Shown here piece after piece: positions 48,658-58,637 of a stretch of 64,000 nt of DNA. A model generated the notes under the pieces. It saw only the letters and a program-made list of their open reading frames with translations, made no database searches and had not been told where the DNA came from. Made by a program: the position numbers and the translations under genes. Origin of the DNA: a virus. The DNA lies in the IMG/VR virus record IMGVR_UViG_3300027971_000044, positions 17,487 to 81,486 of that record; one strand, written 5' to 3'. Position 1 is the stretch's first letter; each line of letters begins with the position of its first letter.

Positions 48658-51600
48658 ATGAAATTTACACACTTACATGTGCATTCCTACTATTCTTTAA
48701 TGGATGGGCTTAACTCTCCCCTTGAACTTGTTCAGGCAGCAAAAGCGGCGGGGCAAACAGCAATAGCAATTACAGATCATGGAACATTATCATCACACCG
48801 TGAAATGCAAATTGCATGTAAAGAAGAAGGCATTAAGCCAATCCTTGGAGTAGAGGCATACATATCTCCAACAGATAGATTTGATAAGTCTTCAAAGACA
48901 GATAAATCTATTCAAGCATATAACCACATAATCCTATTGGCAAAAAACAAAAAGGGATTAGAGAATATCAATACTCTCCAAGAGCTTGCTTGGAACGAAG
49001 GCTTTTACCATAAGCCAAGAATTGACAGAGAGGTTTTAAATGATTATAGCGAAGGTGTTATCGTTCTCAGCGGATGTCTTAATGGACTCATTAGTAAGGC
49101 TATCGATAAAGGTAACATGGAGGAAGCAGAACTTCTTCTCAAAGGCTTTAAACAAACTTTCGGACAAGATTTTTACGTGGAAGTGCAATCACATAACCCT
49201 GTGGAGATCAACTCCGCCCTTCTAGAATTAGCAGACAAACTTAAAATTAAGGCGGTGGCAACAGGAGATGCCCACTTTGCTAAAGAAGAAGATAGAGTCC
49301 TAGAAGAGGCAATGCTTATATTATCAACATCCCCCAAGATGGATAAGGATGCTGACTTTGAAATGTCTAGACAGATTAAAGATATTAATGAAAGATTAAA
49401 TTACTTATATCCAGACCGTAGAATATCCTTTCAGGACTACAATTTATTTATTCAATCAAGGTCTGAAATTGAAGCTGACTTTAATAAGGCTGGAATTACT
49501 CGTACAGATATATATGATAATACTATGGAGATTGCTAAGAAAATTGGAGAATACGATTTTAACAGTGGTTTAGACCTACTCCCTGTACCCAAGACGGATG
49601 CCGACCAGAAACTGGCTCAGATGGCCTCTGAAGGCCTTAAAAGGCTAGGTTTGGCAGAGTCTCAAGTCTACATTGATAGGCTTAATGAGGAGTTATCTGT
49701 AATTAAAGATAAGTCTTTTGCCTCCTATTTCTTGGTTGTTGCAGACATGATTAACTGGGCAAAGGAAAATAATATTAGGGTAGGTCCAGGTCGTGGATCT
49801 GCCGCTGGCTCGCTGGTATGTTATTCGCTAGGAATTACAGATGTAGACCCAATTAAATATGATTTATTGTTCTTCCGTTTTATTAACCCAGAGCGTAATG
49901 ATTTCCCAGATATTGATACAGACTTTGAAGACCGCCGTCGTAAAGAAGTTAAAGACTATTTAAAGAAGAAGTTTAAGCACGTTGCATCTATTTCTACATA
50001 CACTTACTTTAAAGATAAGGGTGTAATTAGAGATGCTGCTCGTGTATTTATGGTTCCACTTTCAGATGTTAACCGTGCAATGAAATCTATTGATACCTTT
50101 GAGGATTTTGTTGATTCACCAAACACTAAAGAGTTTAGGGCTAAGTATCCTGAAGTGCTGTGGCTGGCAGATAGACTTCGTGGAAGAATTAGATCTGTTG
50201 GAGTACACGCTGCAGGTGTTGTAGTTGCAAAAGATGATTTGAGAAAGTATGCTCCTGTTGAATCAAGAGCTGATGCAAGTGATTTAGTATCAGGTAGAAT
50301 TCCTGTCGTCGCATACGACATGGACACGGTTGCGGATATAGGTCTTATTAAACTAGATGCACTAGGACTTAAAACCTTATCTGTAATTTCAGATACCCTT
50401 GCTTCAATTAAAAGGCGTTCAGGCAAAGATATTAATCTTTCCGAGTTAAGACTTGATGATCCAGATGTTTATAAGGTTCTAAGCGAAGGCTATACAAAGG
50501 GAGTGTTCCAAGCAGAAGCAACCCCATATACTAATTTGCTAATCAAGATGGGTGTAGATAAATTTGAAGATCTTGCTGCATCAAACGCATTAGTTCGTCC
50601 AGGCGCTATGAATACAGTAGGTGCTTCTTACATTAAGCGTAAACACGGTAACGAAGCAGTTCAGTTTATTCACCCAATTATGAAGCCCTTTACCGAGAAT
50701 ACATATGGTGTTATTATATATCAAGAGCAGGTTATGCAGGCATGCGTACACCTCGGTGGTATGACTTGGTCAGAGGCTGATAAGGTCCGCAAGATTATTG
50801 GAAAGAAGAAAGATGCAAAAGAGTTCGACCAGTTCAAGGATCGCTTTATTGATGGGGCTTCAAAACACATTTCTAAGAAACAAGCCGAAACGCTCTGGCA
50901 TACTTTTGAAGCGCATGCTGGTTATTCTTTTAACCGCTCCCATGCTGTTGCTTACTCTATGCTTAGTTATTATACTGCTTGGCTTAAGTTTTATTATCCA
51001 CTTGAGTTCATGTTTTCGATTCTTAAAAATGAAAATGACAAGGACAAAAGAACAGAGTACCTGATTGAGGCTAAGAGATTAAAGTTAAGTATTAAGCTTC
51101 CACATGTCAACGAGTCTGATGTATTCTTTTCCTTAAAGGAAGACTCAATTAGATTTGGTCTTGGAGAAGTAAAGTTTATTTCAGATAGTATCGCAAACAA
51201 AATTATTGACCAAAGACCATTTATTTCTTACTCAGAGTTTATTGACAAGGCTTCTAAAAAAGGTAGTGGAATCAATAGCCGTGCTATCTCTGCTTTAAAT
51301 GCAATTGGCGGAGCGGCATTCCCAGACAATCCAAGAAGCGGAAATGAAAAAGATAGTTACTATGAGTATTTAGGTATACCTACATTTAACCTAGAAGGAA
51401 TTCCACCACGTATTAAATCGCAAGCAAGACCAATTGAAGAGTTTGAAGATCTAGGTTCATTTGTTATGTTTGGTATGGTTAAATCAATTAAGCGTGGTAA
51501 TGGCTGGGCACGTATTGAGTTAGTAGATGAGACTGGATCTATTGGTCTATTTCATACAGAGCAAACTCAAATAGAGACTGGCCAGATGTATTTCATTCTT

Positions 51601-51927
51601 GTGGGTGATAATAGAATTGCTCGTTATGTAAAGGTTAGTGAGATTGATCCAACAGGGTCTAATTCATTTGTAGACTATTTATACAAAAAAGAATATGACC
51701 TTGAAGAAGACGAGTATGTTGTAGTAGACTTTACTCCGTATGTAACAAAAGCTGGCAAGACAATGAGCCATATAGTTCTTTCAAATGCACAAAAAGAATT
51801 AACTAGAGTAATTGCTTTCCCTACAATGTATAAGATGTCTTTAGCTAAAATGCGAGAAGGCATGAAGTGTAATGTTGTTCTATCCACCTTAGATGATGGA
51901 ACATTAATGGTAAAGGAAATAAAATGA
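48658..51927 (+). CDS. dnaE: DNA polymerase III alpha subunit
   Basis: PHP domain HLHVHSYYSLMDG, GPGRGSAAGSLV, PDIDTDF, YSFNRSHA. Confidence 0.95.
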   Translation: MKFTHLHVHSYYSLMDGLNSPLELVQAAKAAGQTAIAITDHGTLSSHREMQIACKEEGIKPILGVEAYISPTDRFDKSSKTDKSIQAYNHIILLAKNKKGLENINTLQELAWNEGFYHKPRIDREVLNDYSEGVIVLSGCLNGLISKAIDKGNMEEAELLLKGFKQTFGQDFYVEVQSHNPVEINSALLELADKLKIKAVATGDAHFAKEEDRVLEEAMLILSTSPKMDKDADFEMSRQIKDINERLNYLYPDRRISFQDYNLFIQSRSEIEADFNKAGITRTDIYDNTMEIAKKIGEYDFNSGLDLLPVPKTDADQKLAQMASEGLKRLGLAESQVYIDRLNEELSVIKDKSFASYFLVVADMINWAKENNIRVGPGRGSAAGSLVCYSLGITDVDPIKYDLLFFRFINPERNDFPDIDTDFEDRRRKEVKDYLKKKFKHVASISTYTYFKDKGVIRDAARVFMVPLSDVNRAMKSIDTFEDFVDSPNTKEFRAKYPEVLWLADRLRGRIRSVGVHAAGVVVAKDDLRKYAPVESRADASDLVSGRIPVVAYDMDTVADIGLIKLDALGLKTLSVISDTLASIKRRSGKDINLSELRLDDPDVYKVLSEGYTKGVFQAEATPYTNLLIKMGVDKFEDLAASNALVRPGAMNTVGASYIKRKHGNEAVQFIHPIMKPFTENTYGVIIYQEQVMQACVHLGGMTWSEADKVRKIIGKKKDAKEFDQFKDRFIDGASKHISKKQAETLWHTFEAHAGYSFNRSHAVAYSMLSYYTAWLKFYYPLEFMFSILKNENDKDKRTEYLIEAKRLKLSIKLPHVNESDVFFSLKEDSIRFGLGEVKFISDSIANKIIDQRPFISYSEFIDKASKKGSGINSRAISALNAIGGAAFPDNPRSGNEKDSYYEYLGIPTFNLEGIPPRIKSQARPIEEFEDLGSFVMFGMVKSIKRGNGWARIELVDETGSIGLFHTEQTQIETGQMYFILVGDNRIARYVKVSEIDPTGSNSFVDYLYKKEYDLEEDEYVVVDFTPYVTKAGKTMSHIVLSNAQKELTRVIAFPTMYKMSLAKMREGMKCNVVLSTLDDGTLMVKEIK

Positions 51928-52139
51928 CAGACGACATAGAAGGCCTAGTCACTTCAATTAATATGAACCAGGTTCTGGTTGCTATTCTTGAAGAGCATGG
52001 CAAATTAGCTGTACCGACATTAAGATTTTTAGATGTCAATGTTAGCAATAAGGAATTAGTAATAGATTATGACGAGACAGTCCCGTCATTTACTTTTAGT
52101 TTAAGGGAAAAAGATGCAGTCGGATCAGATTCTAACTGA
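51924..52139 (+). CDS. hypothetical protein
   Basis: ATGA overlap; 71 aa. Confidence 0.7.
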   Translation: MTDDIEGLVTSINMNQVLVAILEEHGKLAVPTLRFLDVNVSNKELVIDYDETVPSFTFSLREKDAVGSDSN

Positions 52140-52461
52140 GTATGGCCTAGACGCTCTGTCTGCTATTCTTCATGAAATTGCAATAGAAAAAGGATTTTGG
52201 GATGGAGAATATAACCACGACAAGATTGGTAACAAATTAGCTTTAGTTCATTCTGAAGTAACTGAAGTTCTAGAAGCAATTAGAAAGTCAAAGGGAAGCG
52301 AAAGTATTGTAGAAGAAATGTCTGATGTAATTATCAGACTATTAGATATTTATGCAGCAATGAGAAATGAAGAGCAAGTATTACATAGCCTAGATGAAAT
52401 TCTAGAAAAGAAAATTAATATAAATAAGGAACGCCAAAGGCTTCACGGAAATTTATTTTAA
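52114..52461 (+). CDS. MazG-like NTP pyrophosphohydrolase
   Basis: LVHSEVTEVLEA...EEMSDVIIR. Confidence 0.8.
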   Translation: MQSDQILTEYGLDALSAILHEIAIEKGFWDGEYNHDKIGNKLALVHSEVTEVLEAIRKSKGSESIVEEMSDVIIRLLDIYAAMRNEEQVLHSLDEILEKKININKERQRLHGNLF

Positions 52462-52490
52462 TGCTATACTATAGGAAAGAAAGAGTTTAA

Positions 52491-53495
52491 ATGACAATAG
52501 AAATAGATGGCATTTTAGCCAAGCTAGATCCAAAAACACGAGCACGAGTTCAATCCGCACAGGACATACAAGTTGAAAAGCAACTTACTCCTAGTATTGG
52601 ATTAAACTTTGCGTTGCGTGGAGGTTTGGGTTACGGCAGACAAGTACTCGTATGGGGAAATAAATCTGCTGGTAAGTCTTCTTTCTGCCTACAGATGATT
52701 GCTCTTGCACAAAAAAAAGGCAAGACATGTGCCTGGATTGATGCAGAAGCTTCCTACGACCAGTCTTGGGCAGAAAAGCTAGGAGTAGATTCCTCTTCTC
52801 TTATTTACTCACCAGCAAAAACTGTTAACGACATGGTTGATGTTGCTACAAAGTTAATGGACGCAGGCGTTGATATGATTGTAGTAGATTCAATCTCAGC
52901 GTTGCTACCTGCAATTTATTTTGAAAAAGACGGAAATGAAATGAAAGATTTGCAAGATACAAAGCAAATCGGCGCTGAAGCAAAGGATATGACCCACGCA
53001 GTCAAGATGTTAAACTATGCAAACAAAAACACACTACTTGTTCTCATCTCACAACAACGAAATCAATTTGGATCTATGCATGCTAGTCACATCCCCACGG
53101 GCGGCATGGCTGTCAAGTTCTTCTCTTCCACAGTTATTAAACTCTGGTCGTCTGAGGCTGAGGCTAATGCTATCAAGGCTGGCATTAAAGTTGGCGACAA
53201 AATTATTGAGCAAAGAGTTGGCAGGCCAGTTAACTGGATTATTGATTACAACAAACTCGGCCCCCCAAATTTATCGGGACAATATGACTTCTACTATCAA
53301 GGGAACATTCTTGGTGTAGATAGCGTAGGAGAAACTTTAGATGTTGCAGAAATGTGCGGCATCGTAGAAAAAGGTGGAGCATGGTACACAGTAAATGGAG
53401 AACGTTTTCAAGGACGTGCAAAGGCTGTAGCATATTTAAAGGAAAATCCAGATGTTGTAGACAGCTTAATAGGAGACATAAATGCCAAACATTAA
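52491..53495 (+). CDS. recA: RecA-like recombinase
   Basis: GNKSAGKS, WIDAE, VVDSISAL, TGGMAVKFFSS and GAWY; TGCTATACT -10 upstream. Confidence 0.92.
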   Translation: MTIEIDGILAKLDPKTRARVQSAQDIQVEKQLTPSIGLNFALRGGLGYGRQVLVWGNKSAGKSSFCLQMIALAQKKGKTCAWIDAEASYDQSWAEKLGVDSSSLIYSPAKTVNDMVDVATKLMDAGVDMIVVDSISALLPAIYFEKDGNEMKDLQDTKQIGAEAKDMTHAVKMLNYANKNTLLVLISQQRNQFGSMHASHIPTGGMAVKFFSSTVIKLWSSEAEANAIKAGIKVGDKIIEQRVGRPVNWIIDYNKLGPPNLSGQYDFYYQGNILGVDSVGETLDVAEMCGIVEKGGAWYTVNGERFQGRAKAVAYLKENPDVVDSLIGDINAKH

Positions 53496-53670
53496 TGAGT
53501 TTCTTAATAAGCCTGAGAAAATAATGGCCACAGAACTAGAAAAGTTTGATGGAATTAAACCATGCTCAAAGTGTGATAAGAATTCTGACGTATACTACTG
53601 GGATGCAATCAATATGACTATATCTTGGGAATGTCCAGACGGACATAAAAATTCCTTTACGGTTCAGTAA
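53482..53670 (+). CDS. small Zn-binding protein
   Basis: CSKC...CPDGH. Confidence 0.65.
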   Translation: MPNINEFLNKPEKIMATELEKFDGIKPCSKCDKNSDVYYWDAINMTISWECPDGHKNSFTVQ

Positions 53671-53978
53671 TGTCAGAAAGATCAGAAGTAAAACGTGATG
53701 GTGCCAAAGCACAAAAAAACAGTGGTCGCGGCGACTATCAAAAGGGTGATGCTAAGTGGAATCAGTTCCTTGTGGACTACAAAGAAGCAAAGGCATCATT
53801 CAATCTAAATAAAGATGTATGGGCTAAAATCTGTACAGATACTTTTAAGGTAAGCAGAGATATGCATCCTGCCCTTAAAATTATTATCGGTGAGGATTCC
53901 AAGGTTCGTCTTGGAATCATTGAGTGGTCAGTCTTAGAAGACTTGATCGCATTCTGGGAGGAAAATAATAATGGCTAA
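53670..53978 (+). CDS. PD-(D/E)XK Holliday-junction-resolvase-like protein
   Basis: E...NSG...KGD...VDYK pattern. Confidence 0.6.
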   Translation: MSERSEVKRDGAKAQKNSGRGDYQKGDAKWNQFLVDYKEAKASFNLNKDVWAKICTDTFKVSRDMHPALKIIIGEDSKVRLGIIEWSVLEDLIAFWEENNNG

Positions 53979-54381
53979 TCCAACAATTACAATCGTTGGT
54001 CGTGTAGGGCAAGATCCAGTTAAGCTTAATGGAGGCGGAGTTAGACTACGTATAGTATCTAATGACCGTGTAAAGAATGATTCAACAGGTAGCTGGGATG
54101 ATAAAGATACGTCATGGTGGACCGTTAAGGCGTGGAAGAGTTTGGCGGAACAAAGCATTGCTACTTTAAAGAAGGGTCAAGAAGTAGTTATTGTGGGTAA
54201 GATTTATGAAGAGACTTGGAAAGATAAAGAAGGAAATAGCCGCACATCTTATGATGTTAATGCAGACACAATTGCAGTAACAACATGGTCGCTATCAAAG
54301 AAAGAGTCTGCTCCAGCATTTGATAACTCATGGTCAGCACCTGCTAAATGGGATATTGCAGAAGCAGAGGTTCCATTCTAA
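53971..54381 (+). CDS. ssb: bacterial-type single-stranded DNA-binding protein
   Basis: ITIVGRVGQDP, AWKSLAE, LKKGQEVVIVG and C-terminal EVPF. Confidence 0.9.
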   Translation: MANPTITIVGRVGQDPVKLNGGGVRLRIVSNDRVKNDSTGSWDDKDTSWWTVKAWKSLAEQSIATLKKGQEVVIVGKIYEETWKDKEGNSRTSYDVNADTIAVTTWSLSKKESAPAFDNSWSAPAKWDIAEAEVPF

Positions 54382-54539
54382 TGAAGGAACTTATCTATAC
54401 AACTCTAACTGGAGTTGCAGTAGGTGGAGTATTTAGCATATTCAAATTGCCTATCCCTGCCCCGCCAGTATTTGCTGGCCTAATGGGTATCGTTGGATTA
54501 TGGATGGGATATGCGTTAGTTCAAAAGGCATTCGCATGA
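54381..54539 (+). CDS. XapX/DUF1427-like small membrane protein
   Basis: GGVFSIFKLPIPAPPVFAGLMGIVGLWMGY. Confidence 0.75.
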   Translation: MKELIYTTLTGVAVGGVFSIFKLPIPAPPVFAGLMGIVGLWMGYALVQKAFA

Positions 54540-54634
54540 CAGCATTCCTTATTGGATTAATGATTGGTTTTGTAATTGGATACCCCCTTGGGTTATTTAT
54601 AGATAAATGGGATAAGAGGATAAAAAATGGCTGA
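54536..54634 (+). CDS. 32-aa membrane peptide (not in ORF track)
   Basis: MTAFLIGLMIGFVIGYPLGLFIDKWDKRIKNG; ATGA overlap. Confidence 0.6.
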   Translation: MTAFLIGLMIGFVIGYPLGLFIDKWDKRIKNG

Positions 54635-54965
54635 GGATAAAAATACCCTTGAGTTAATTAGTGATATTACAGAGTTCAATGATCTGCATGAGTTCATGAA
54701 AGATGAGCACTTAGACAGAGCCCTTGCAATTGTGGTAAAATTATTAATGAATCCTGATGTTCCATCAGCAAAAGCACCACATTTAATTATGGAGCTTCAA
54801 GCAATGTCAACTAAGTTTGCAGTGCTTGCATCTGTATACTCTACAATTGCTAAGGACAAGGCTGGAACGGCAAATAATAATAAAAAGAATATATATTATT
54901 CTGTAAAAGAGTCCATAGACAAATTGGTTGATGCGCTTAAATATGTTGTGAGGTATAACTCCTAA
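54627..54965 (+). CDS. hypothetical protein
   Basis: 112-aa helical ORF with GAGG RBS. Confidence 0.7.
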   Translation: MAEDKNTLELISDITEFNDLHEFMKDEHLDRALAIVVKLLMNPDVPSAKAPHLIMELQAMSTKFAVLASVYSTIAKDKAGTANNNKKNIYYSVKESIDKLVDALKYVVRYNS

Positions 54966-55757
54966 ATGGGTAGAGATATAGTAAAGAATTTAAAGTTTAA
55001 AAAGCATACTGGCAAGTTCTTTGATCCAGAATTATTTGCTCAACTGCTTGATGAGTCTTATCGAAATACTAAACGTGCAGACGGAGAGATGACAAAGAAG
55101 TCATTTAGCCCAAGTTCTCTCGGGTACGGTCACGGCACATGCCCACGATATTGGTACATGGCCTTCTCTGGTGCAATGTTCATTGATGATAATGATGCAG
55201 TTGCAGTCGCCAATATGGCGCAGGGAACACAGGCTCACGAAAGACTTCAGAAACTTATCTCTACTATGCCTCAATTCAAAATGGAAGAAGAAGAGATTCT
55301 AAATGAATACCCACCCATCAGAGGCTTTATAGATTTAATTATGGAGTACGATGGTGAAACCGTAATCGGTGAAATTAAAACGGCTAAGCAAGAAGTATGG
55401 GATACAAGACAGTCTGAAATGAAACCTACTGCTAATCATATGCTTCAGCTTCTAACATACATGAAGCTAAAGAAGGCTAAAGAAGGGTTCTTCCTATATG
55501 AGAATAAGAATACCCAAGAGATATTAGTTATTCCAATTTCAATGAATGAAAGAAATACAAAGATTATTGAAGACACATTTATTTGGATGTGTGAAGTTTG
55601 GGATAACTTTAAAGATGGCGACCTACCAATGAGACCTGCTGGTGCTACAAAGTCAAAGATGCCTTGTACATATTGCCCAGTTAAAAAAGAATGCTACTCC
55701 AAAGAGACACCCGTTGGCACAGTTCAAATTGAAAAATTTGAGGTTCCTTCTGTATGA
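54966..55757 (+). CDS. Cas4-like PD-(D/E)XK exonuclease
   Basis: SPSSL..CPR, GFID...EIKT, QLLTY and CTYCPVKKEC (probable Fe-S ligands). Confidence 0.85.
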   Translation: MGRDIVKNLKFKKHTGKFFDPELFAQLLDESYRNTKRADGEMTKKSFSPSSLGYGHGTCPRYWYMAFSGAMFIDDNDAVAVANMAQGTQAHERLQKLISTMPQFKMEEEEILNEYPPIRGFIDLIMEYDGETVIGEIKTAKQEVWDTRQSEMKPTANHMLQLLTYMKLKKAKEGFFLYENKNTQEILVIPISMNERNTKIIEDTFIWMCEVWDNFKDGDLPMRPAGATKSKMPCTYCPVKKECYSKETPVGTVQIEKFEVPSV

Positions 55758-56032
55758 TCTGCGCTAATTCGGAATGTAAAAAGAATTTTAAGCCTAAGAC
55801 GCATAATCAAAAGTATTGTGCGGATGAGTGTTGCAGAATTGCTACTAATCGTAGGATCATGGAAAAATATTATGAGCGTAAAGCAATTAGAAATGGTGCT
55901 CTGCGACCTTGCTCTAGGTGTGGACATCAGCTTAGCAGATACAACAAGGGAGAGTTTTGTGCAACATGTGAAAAGAATATTAACCTGGAAAACAAAAGTA
56001 AGTTATTTAGGATGCTAGATGACATTAGCTAG
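55754..56032 (+). CDS. Cys-rich Zn-binding protein
   Basis: Multiple CxxC and CxxxC motifs. Confidence 0.7.
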   Translation: MICANSECKKNFKPKTHNQKYCADECCRIATNRRIMEKYYERKAIRNGALRPCSRCGHQLSRYNKGEFCATCEKNINLENKSKLFRMLDDIS

Positions 56033-56585
56033 TCTAAAAAAGATTCAAGCAAATAGAGTATTAGGTATAGATGCCTCAACTAACTCTATTGCTTTTTGCT
56101 TGATGGAAAATGATGTTCCATTAAAGTGGGGTAAAATTAATTTAACAGGCAATGACATATATGAAAAGATTCATGATGCTAAGATCAAAATGGCTTCAAT
56201 GCTTGATGAACTTAGATCAGATTATATTGTTGTTGAAGGAGCAGTATTTGTTAAGTCTGCAGATGCTGTAATTAAACTATCATATGTTTATGGAGTTGTT
56301 ATAGCAGAGTTGATGTCTACTGGAGCTAAGGTTATTACTATAGCCCCTTCTTCTTGGCAGGCATACATAGGAAATAAGAACCCTACAAAGGAAGAGAAAG
56401 CGGCTATTAGGGTAAAAAATCCAGGCTATGCAGACTCCTGGTATCAAAACCAACTACGTAATATGCGTAAGCAAAGAACAGTAAACTATTTTAATAATAA
56501 GTATAATTTGTCTTTAACAGATTTTGATGTGGCAGATTCATTCGGGATTGCACATTATTCAAACAGTATATTGACGGAACGATGA
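56019..56585 (+). CDS. RuvC-like resolvase
   Basis: VLGIDAS, IVVEG and DVADSFGIA. Confidence 0.8.
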   Translation: MTLASLKKIQANRVLGIDASTNSIAFCLMENDVPLKWGKINLTGNDIYEKIHDAKIKMASMLDELRSDYIVVEGAVFVKSADAVIKLSYVYGVVIAELMSTGAKVITIAPSSWQAYIGNKNPTKEEKAAIRVKNPGYADSWYQNQLRNMRKQRTVNYFNNKYNLSLTDFDVADSFGIAHYSNSILTER

Positions 56586-56728
56586 AATATTATCAAAGTA
56601 GAGATTGGCTACACCGTAGATATGTCTTGCAGAAAAAGACAGTCACAGAGATAGCTAAAGAGTGTAATGTATCCGCTATGACCATACAGAGATATCTAGA
56701 TCAGTTTGGATTGATTAAAAAGAGATGA
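56582..56728 (+). CDS. 48-aa HTH protein (not in ORF track)
   Basis: MKYYQSRDWLHRRYVLQKKTVTEIAKECNVSAMTIQRYLDQFGLIKKR; ATGA overlaps at both ends. Confidence 0.75.
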   Translation: MKYYQSRDWLHRRYVLQKKTVTEIAKECNVSAMTIQRYLDQFGLIKKR

Positions 56729-57420
56729 AATTTACTCATAAAGTTTTTCACATTGAGCAGCAAAATGACAGGGATCATCTGGTAAATAGTATTAATGATT
56801 ATCTTTCTTTATACTCTGATCAACTTGATACACCAACATTTAAAATTTCATCTAATGATGAATATTTAAAGTTTGCTAGCAACAACCCTGATTTTATTGT
56901 AGATCCTTCAGGCTATTCTTTAGACGGCGAGCAAGGGTGGAGGTACGGAGAGATCGGTATCTGGGCAAGCAATAGAACAGCATGGAAAAAATTTCTTGAA
57001 ACAGATTCAGATTATTTAATATTGATGGAAGATGACATTGTTTATAGTCGTAAGTTTATTGATATATTAAAAGACTCTATTTTACAAATGCCAGATGATT
57101 GGGATGTGCTGCACCTTTTTGCACCAGAAGATCAATTTTATAAATATAATCATACTAACGACTTCGGAGCTATTGATGTATGCTACCCATATCAAGATTG
57201 GTCATGCTTATGCTATATTATAACTAGAAAGGGGGCAGAGAGATTGCTTGAGTCATCAACTAGAATATCATTGCCGCTAGACTGGCATATGTTTAGACAG
57301 ACACACTTATTTAATATTTTTACATTAAAGCCAGAATCATCTACAGCCTGTTCTTTATTTCCTATAGAGTCAACATTTCAAACAAAGCAAAAGAGAGAAG
57401 CATTAAATGGGATACTCTAA
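56725..57420 (+). CDS. glycosyltransferase, GT25-like
   Basis: GEIGIWAS...W, ILMEDD, CYIITRKGA and PLD. Confidence 0.8.
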   Translation: MKFTHKVFHIEQQNDRDHLVNSINDYLSLYSDQLDTPTFKISSNDEYLKFASNNPDFIVDPSGYSLDGEQGWRYGEIGIWASNRTAWKKFLETDSDYLILMEDDIVYSRKFIDILKDSILQMPDDWDVLHLFAPEDQFYKYNHTNDFGAIDVCYPYQDWSCLCYIITRKGAERLLESSTRISLPLDWHMFRQTHLFNIFTLKPESSTACSLFPIESTFQTKQKREALNGIL

Positions 57421-57931
57421 TCCAGAAAACAAGCCATGGGCTCAACAAAAAATAATTGAGCTGCGCCCACAAACCGTACTAGATGTCGGTGCTGGGCAAG
57501 GAACCTATCTAGATCTTATCAGAGAAGGGTTGGGAGCGGGGGTAATAGTAAATGCAGTAGAGGTATGGCAACCATACATAGATCAATTCAACCTATTAAA
57601 TAGATACGATAAGCTATTTGCGATGGATGTAAGAGATATGACAAACTTTGAATATGATTTAGTTATACTAGGAGATATTCTTGAGCATATGTCTGAGCCT
57701 GACGCTATAAGTCTATGGGATAAGATTTCAAAACAGGCAAAATATGCAATCATATCTATTCCTATTATTCATTACCATCAGGATGCAATCAATGGCAACC
57801 CATATGAGGTACACGTAGAAGAAGACTGGACAGTAGAAAGAGTACTAGAAAAGTTTAGTCACATTGTTGAGCATAAAAAGTTTGAAGTAACTGGGACATT
57901 TATTGCAGAGTTTAACAATGACAATCCCTAA
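57407..57931 (+). CDS. class I SAM-dependent methyltransferase
   Basis: VLDVGAGQG and DILEH. Confidence 0.85.
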   Translation: MGYSNPENKPWAQQKIIELRPQTVLDVGAGQGTYLDLIREGLGAGVIVNAVEVWQPYIDQFNLLNRYDKLFAMDVRDMTNFEYDLVILGDILEHMSEPDAISLWDKISKQAKYAIISIPIIHYHQDAINGNPYEVHVEEDWTVERVLEKFSHIVEHKKFEVTGTFIAEFNNDNP

Positions 57932-58637
57932 GATTATCTGGCAAACATATAAAGATCCGTATGATAGCTTAAAAAACTATATGTACGACTCTATGCAAAC
58001 ATGGAGTGATTTAAATCCAGAGTACGAGCACAGGTACATGGATGACTTGCAGGCTGGAGAGTTAGTATTAAAGGAGTATGGACAGGACTGGTACGACATA
58101 TTTATAAATCTTCCAGTCGGTGTCATGCGTGGAGACCTTTGGAGGTATATGGTTATATATAAGTATGGCGGTGTGTATACAGACTTAGATACAGAATGTT
58201 TGCTCCCTATATCTCAATGGATGCTTGATGATAAAGATTTTATTGTATGTCCTGAAACAAGTAAACATTTTTGTCAATGGACATTTGCCTCAACAGCAGG
58301 CAATCCTATTTTAAAATCAGTATTAGATTTAATTAAAGATAAATTAATGTCTCCAAGTTACGGCTCAGATCATTTTGTACACACTCATACAGGGCCAGCG
58401 ATATGGACAAATGGAATTACAAAAGCCTTGGGGATAGAAGTAGAAAATATTATAGATGATTATCTATTGTTAAATTCTTCTGATAATGCTAAACTATATA
58501 AGTTCCATTGTTACGGAGGCGAACAATGGAGAATATTTCATTTTGAGTCTGTAAAGCATATTTATGGAAGCCAAGCATGGAATGATGGAAGCTATATTCA
58601 ATGGATTCAGGATCCTTTAGTGAGAGGTACACAATGA
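57918..58637 (+). CDS. glycosyltransferase, GT32/DXD-like
   Basis: IPKIIWQTY, DLWRY..IYKYGGVYTDLD and TGP..WT. Confidence 0.85.
   Translation: MTIPKIIWQTYKDPYDSLKNYMYDSMQTWSDLNPEYEHRYMDDLQAGELVLKEYGQDWYDIFINLPVGVMRGDLWRYMVIYKYGGVYTDLDTECLLPISQWMLDDKDFIVCPETSKHFCQWTFASTAGNPILKSVLDLIKDKLMSPSYGSDHFVHTHTGPAIWTNGITKALGIEVENIIDDYLLLNSSDNAKLYKFHCYGGEQWRIFHFESVKHIYGSQAWNDGSYIQWIQDPLVRGTQ

Noticed and set aside
54966-55757. CRISPR-Cas system
   Set aside because: Solo Cas4-like nuclease in a recombination operon; no repeat-spacer array or other cas genes seen.
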